Shown here: one piece after another, positions 15,610-17,863 of the stretch
Numbering within the stretch: the stretch's first letter is position 1
Layout of the letters: each line of letters opens with the position of its first letter
Source of the DNA: an uncultured Isosphaeraceae bacterium
Lineage (GTDB): Bacteria > Planctomycetota > Planctomycetia > Isosphaerales > Isosphaeraceae
DNA length: 17,863 bases
NCBI GenBank assembly: GCA_937858365.1
Contig: CALLYK010000373.1
Coordinates: 1-17,863, forward strand
Direction: 5' to 3'
Made by a program: the position numbers and the translations under genes
Notes under the pieces: model-generated
Told to the model about the DNA's origin: nothing
Database searches by the model: none
The model's input: the letters and a program-made list of their open reading frames with translations, nothing else

Positions 15610-15896
15610 CGTCTGGTCCTCCCTGTTCGCGGGGCATCGAGAGCGAGCGGCACCAGGCAAGGCCGCTTGTCCCCGAAGAGCATAGTCGTGGAGACGGGGC
15701 CAACGCAACGTAGCGGAAGCGGATTTCCCGAATCGACACGACCGGGGCCCATGTGCCTTCAGCATCGAAACAGTCCTGGGCGACATCGAGAAGTGGGAAA
15801 GGGCCCACCTGATTTCCTTTGACGGACGAATTCCGTCGGGGTAAGTTGTGACAAAATCGGAAACAGATTTCGCCTTCCCTAGCGGAGCATGCGTCG
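15610..15896. promoter_or_regulatory. Divergent intergenic control region (287 bp) between the giant gene and the MoxR operon. It holds candidate promoters on both strands and three GATTTC[CG] heptamers.
   Basis: Toward MoxR: TTGACG (15819-15824), 17-nt spacer, TAAGTT (15842-15847), then an AT-rich TTGTGACAAAATCGGAAACAGATTTCG. Toward the giant gene (minus sense): TTGCGT, 18-nt spacer, TATGCT at about 15680-15710. GATTTCC occurs at 15722-15728 and 15811-15817, and GATTTCG at 15866-15872. Confidence 0.4.
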
Positions 15897-16904
15897 ATGA
15901 CCAACACCGAGGAGGCGAAGGCCCAGCTTGACGCCTTCCGCGCCGATTTTCAGGCGATGCGCCGCGAGGTCGGCAAAGTCATCGTCGGCCATGAAGAGAT
16001 CATTGACGGCACGCTCACGGCCCTGATCGCGGGCGGCCACGTTCTGTTGGAAGGCGTGCCCGGTTTGGGCAAGACCTTGCTCGTCCGCACGTTGGCCGAC
16101 GCTTTGCATCTTAAGTTCCAGCGCATTCAGTTCACGCCCGACCTCATGCCGGCCGACCTGATCGGCACGAACGTCGTCCACGAGAGCGACGACGGCCGTC
16201 GCCGGTTCGATTTCCAGCCAGGCCCCGTCTTCGCGAACCTCGTCCTGGCCGACGAGATCAATCGGGCCACACCCAAAACGCAGTCGGCCTTGCTCGAAGC
16301 CATGGCGGAGAAGTCGGTCACGGTCGCCGGCAAGACACATCAGCTTGATCGCCCCTTCCTGGTGATGGCCACCCAAAACCCGTTGGAAATGGAAGGGACC
16401 TACCCGCTGCCGGAGGCCCAACTCGATCGCTTCCTGTTCAAACTCCTCGTGAAGTTCCCTACGGCGGGCGAGATCGAGGCGATCCTCAGCCGCACGACCG
16501 AGGCCGGCGAACCCAGGGCGGAGGCGATCTTCGACGGGCCGCGCATCCTCGAACTGGCCCGTCTGGCCCGCCAGGTCCCCATCGCCGACGAACTGCGGCG
16601 CTACGGCGTGACGCTTGTGCTGGCGACACATCCGGAAAGTGAACACGCGACGGAAATGACGAAACGTTTCGTCCGATACGGGGCCAGTCCGCGGGGTGCT
16701 CAAGCGATCGTCTTGGGGGCGAAGATCCGGGCGATTCTGGATCATCGTTATCATGTCTCGCGCGAGGACTTGCGGTCGGTCGCCCACGCGGCCTTGCGGC
16801 ATCGGATGATCCTGAACTTCGAGGGCCAGGCCGAGAACATCGAGCCCGACGACATCCTCGACGACATTATCGGGCGCGTGGAAGCGCCCGCCGTGGCAGT
16901 CTGA
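15897..16904 (+). CDS. moxR: MoxR-family AAA+ ATPase (335 aa).
   Basis: Walker A (LLEGVPGLGKTLL), Walker B (NLVLADEINRATPKTQSALLEAMAE) and sensor region (FLVMATQNPLEMEGTYPLPEAQLDRF) are present. The C-terminal helical lid follows. GGAG lies about 9 nt upstream of the ATG. Overall size and layout are typical of MoxR/RavA-like ATPases. Confidence 0.9.
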   Translation: MTNTEEAKAQLDAFRADFQAMRREVGKVIVGHEEIIDGTLTALIAGGHVLLEGVPGLGKTLLVRTLADALHLKFQRIQFTPDLMPADLIGTNVVHESDDGRRRFDFQPGPVFANLVLADEINRATPKTQSALLEAMAEKSVTVAGKTHQLDRPFLVMATQNPLEMEGTYPLPEAQLDRFLFKLLVKFPTAGEIEAILSRTTEAGEPRAEAIFDGPRILELARLARQVPIADELRRYGVTLVLATHPESEHATEMTKRFVRYGASPRGAQAIVLGAKIRAILDHRYHVSREDLRSVAHAALRHRMILNFEGQAENIEPDDILDDIIGRVEAPAVAV

Positions 16905-16937
16905 TTCTCCAACCATTGCCGAGGGCCCATCCGGCTC

Positions 16938-17426
16938 ATGAAGCGTCTTCTCGTCGTGATCGCCGTGGCCTCGCCGATGCTATGCGCCTCCTCCGTTGAG
17001 GCGCAGGTCGTGGACCCAACGATCCTTGAGGGCCTTCGTCGCCACGTGCCGCCCGAGCATCCGCTTCAAGACGACTCGCCGCCCAACGAAATCATCGAAG
17101 CACGCTTGCGCATCGCATCGCGTCAGTTCAATGCGGCGTTGGATCGCGTCTTTCCGTCATCGTCGTTGTCCAAGCCCGACCGGACGGCGGTATCGTCGCT
17201 TCTGGAGTGGTCGACCAAGTGCATGGAGGCCCGGTTGGAAGCGGCCGATCGCGACTCCGACCGCAAGGTCGCCTACGCGATCGAGGCGGCCCGCTTCCGC
17301 AAGATCGAGGGACTCGTCTTGGAGCGCTTGCGCGGTCCGGCAGCGTCGTTTTCCGCCGAGGACGCCGATCGCGTGGCCTTTCATCGCTTGGGTCTGGACC
17401 TGAAACAAGCCACCCTCGGCCGCTAG
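16938..17426 (+). CDS. Small secreted or periplasmic hypothetical protein (162 aa) inserted between moxR and the DUF58 gene.
   Basis: Signal peptide MKRLLVVIAVASPMLCASSVEA|Q. GAGGG lies upstream in the 33-nt gap after moxR. The mature part is helical and charged. No family was recognised. The frame carries many serine and arginine residues, and most codon third positions are G or C. Confidence 0.5.
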   Translation: MKRLLVVIAVASPMLCASSVEAQVVDPTILEGLRRHVPPEHPLQDDSPPNEIIEARLRIASRQFNAALDRVFPSSSLSKPDRTAVSSLLEWSTKCMEARLEAADRDSDRKVAYAIEAARFRKIEGLVLERLRGPAASFSAEDADRVAFHRLGLDLKQATLGR

Positions 17427-17451
17427 TCCCTTGGGACCTTTAGGAGAGCGC

Positions 17452-17863
17452 ATGGCCCTTTTCGGTTCGGACTTCCTGGCCAAGCTGGAATACCTCTCCC
17501 TGGTCTCCCGCCGGGTCTTTCAGGGGCAGGTCCTCGCCCAAAGGCGGACCAAGCAAATGGGGGGCGGCATCGAGTTCGCGGACCACCGCGACTACACCCC
17601 GGGCGACGATTTCCGGCACATCGACTGGACGGTCTTCGCCGCACTGCTGCGACAGGAACAATTGGCCGAAAAAGTCGGCTGGCAAAGGTCGTTATTTCTG
17701 GATGCCGAACAACTCCCGCACGAGGTGTATCACATCCCGCGCGAAACGAGTTGTCTCTTGAATACAAAAGTTTCCGGCAGCGGCTTGATCATCGGCCAGT
17801 TGTCCGGGGGCGTGACGATCCAACCCCGCGATGTGCTACAGCAGATTTCGACCGGACGCACAG
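17452..17863 (+). CDS. DUF58-like protein (classic MoxR partner), N-terminal 137 aa. It is truncated by the window end.
   Basis: ATG at 17452 follows AGGAGA 5 nt upstream and lies 25 nt after the previous stop. The hallmark DUF58 motif is present: GGGIEFADHRDYTPGDDFRHIDW (compare G.G.EF...R.Y..GDD.R.IDW). Downstream sequence fits less well (..RSLFLDAEQL instead of the usual LLLD.S.SM). A lower-GC patch occupies about 17690-17790. Confidence 0.55.
   Translation, partial: MALFGSDFLAKLEYLSLVSRRVFQGQVLAQRRTKQMGGGIEFADHRDYTPGDDFRHIDWTVFAALLRQEQLAEKVGWQRSLFLDAEQLPHEVYHIPRETSCLLNTKVSGSGLIIGQLSGGVTIQPRDVLQQISTGRT

Noticed and set aside
15610-15786. 5' extension of the giant ORF to 15786 (MSPRTVSMLKAHGPRSC...)
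   Set aside because: The extension has no signal peptide and no RBS. The ATG at 15609 has AGGGAGGA upstream and is followed by a canonical Sec signal peptide. The extension would leave almost no promoter space in the divergent region.
15821-15837. Apparent palindrome around a GAATTC core (gacggacgaattccgtc)
   Set aside because: On checking, only the GAATTC hexamer is self-complementary. The flanks are direct, not inverted, matches. It is not a convincing operator palindrome.
15879-16916. 345-aa minus-strand ORF antisense to moxR
   Set aside because: MoxR on the + strand has unmistakable Walker A/B motifs. The antisense frame is a low-complexity artefact.
1-17863. tRNA/rRNA genes, CRISPR arrays, IS elements, integrases, long direct or inverted terminal repeats
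   Set aside because: None seen. There are no cloverleaf-compatible segments in the few short intergenic regions, no spaced direct-repeat arrays, and no transposase-like or recombinase-like ORFs.
17700-17863. Alternative +3 reading frame at the 3' end of the DUF58 region (no stops to window end)
   Set aside because: Frame +1 is continuous with the DUF58 hallmark motif and a start with a good SD. An open second frame in GC-rich DNA is not evidence of a frameshift. It is kept only as a caveat.

Overview
High-GC (about two-thirds G+C) bacterial window with small AT-rich islands at gene starts. Gene content and composition point to Planctomycetota, inferred from protein families only. One 11.45-kb minus-strand gene (4159..15609) fills about 64% of the window. 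It encodes a roughly 3,800-aa secreted protein with about 2,200 aa of TPR-like repeats, a Pro-rich linker, and two tandem copies of a ~600-aa module, each ending in two jelly-roll (LamG/DUF1080-like) domains. It is divergently paired with a MoxR-type AAA+ ATPase operon (MoxR, a small secreted ORF, then a DUF58-like protein truncated at the window edge). Left of the giant gene on the minus strand lie a translationally coupled pair (a DUF2089-like HTH protein and a small 4-TM membrane protein) and a TIGR00300/LOR-SDH-family enzyme. At the far left, on the plus strand, an SPFH/flotillin-like membrane protein is driven from a near-consensus sigma70-like promoter, with a C-rich leader, a possible leaderless upstream ORF and a clean intrinsic terminator. 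No tRNA, rRNA, CRISPR or mobile-element signatures were seen. The many long antisense ORFs in the six-frame track are treated as high-GC artefacts. Coordinates read by eye from the printed sequence may be off by 1 nt.
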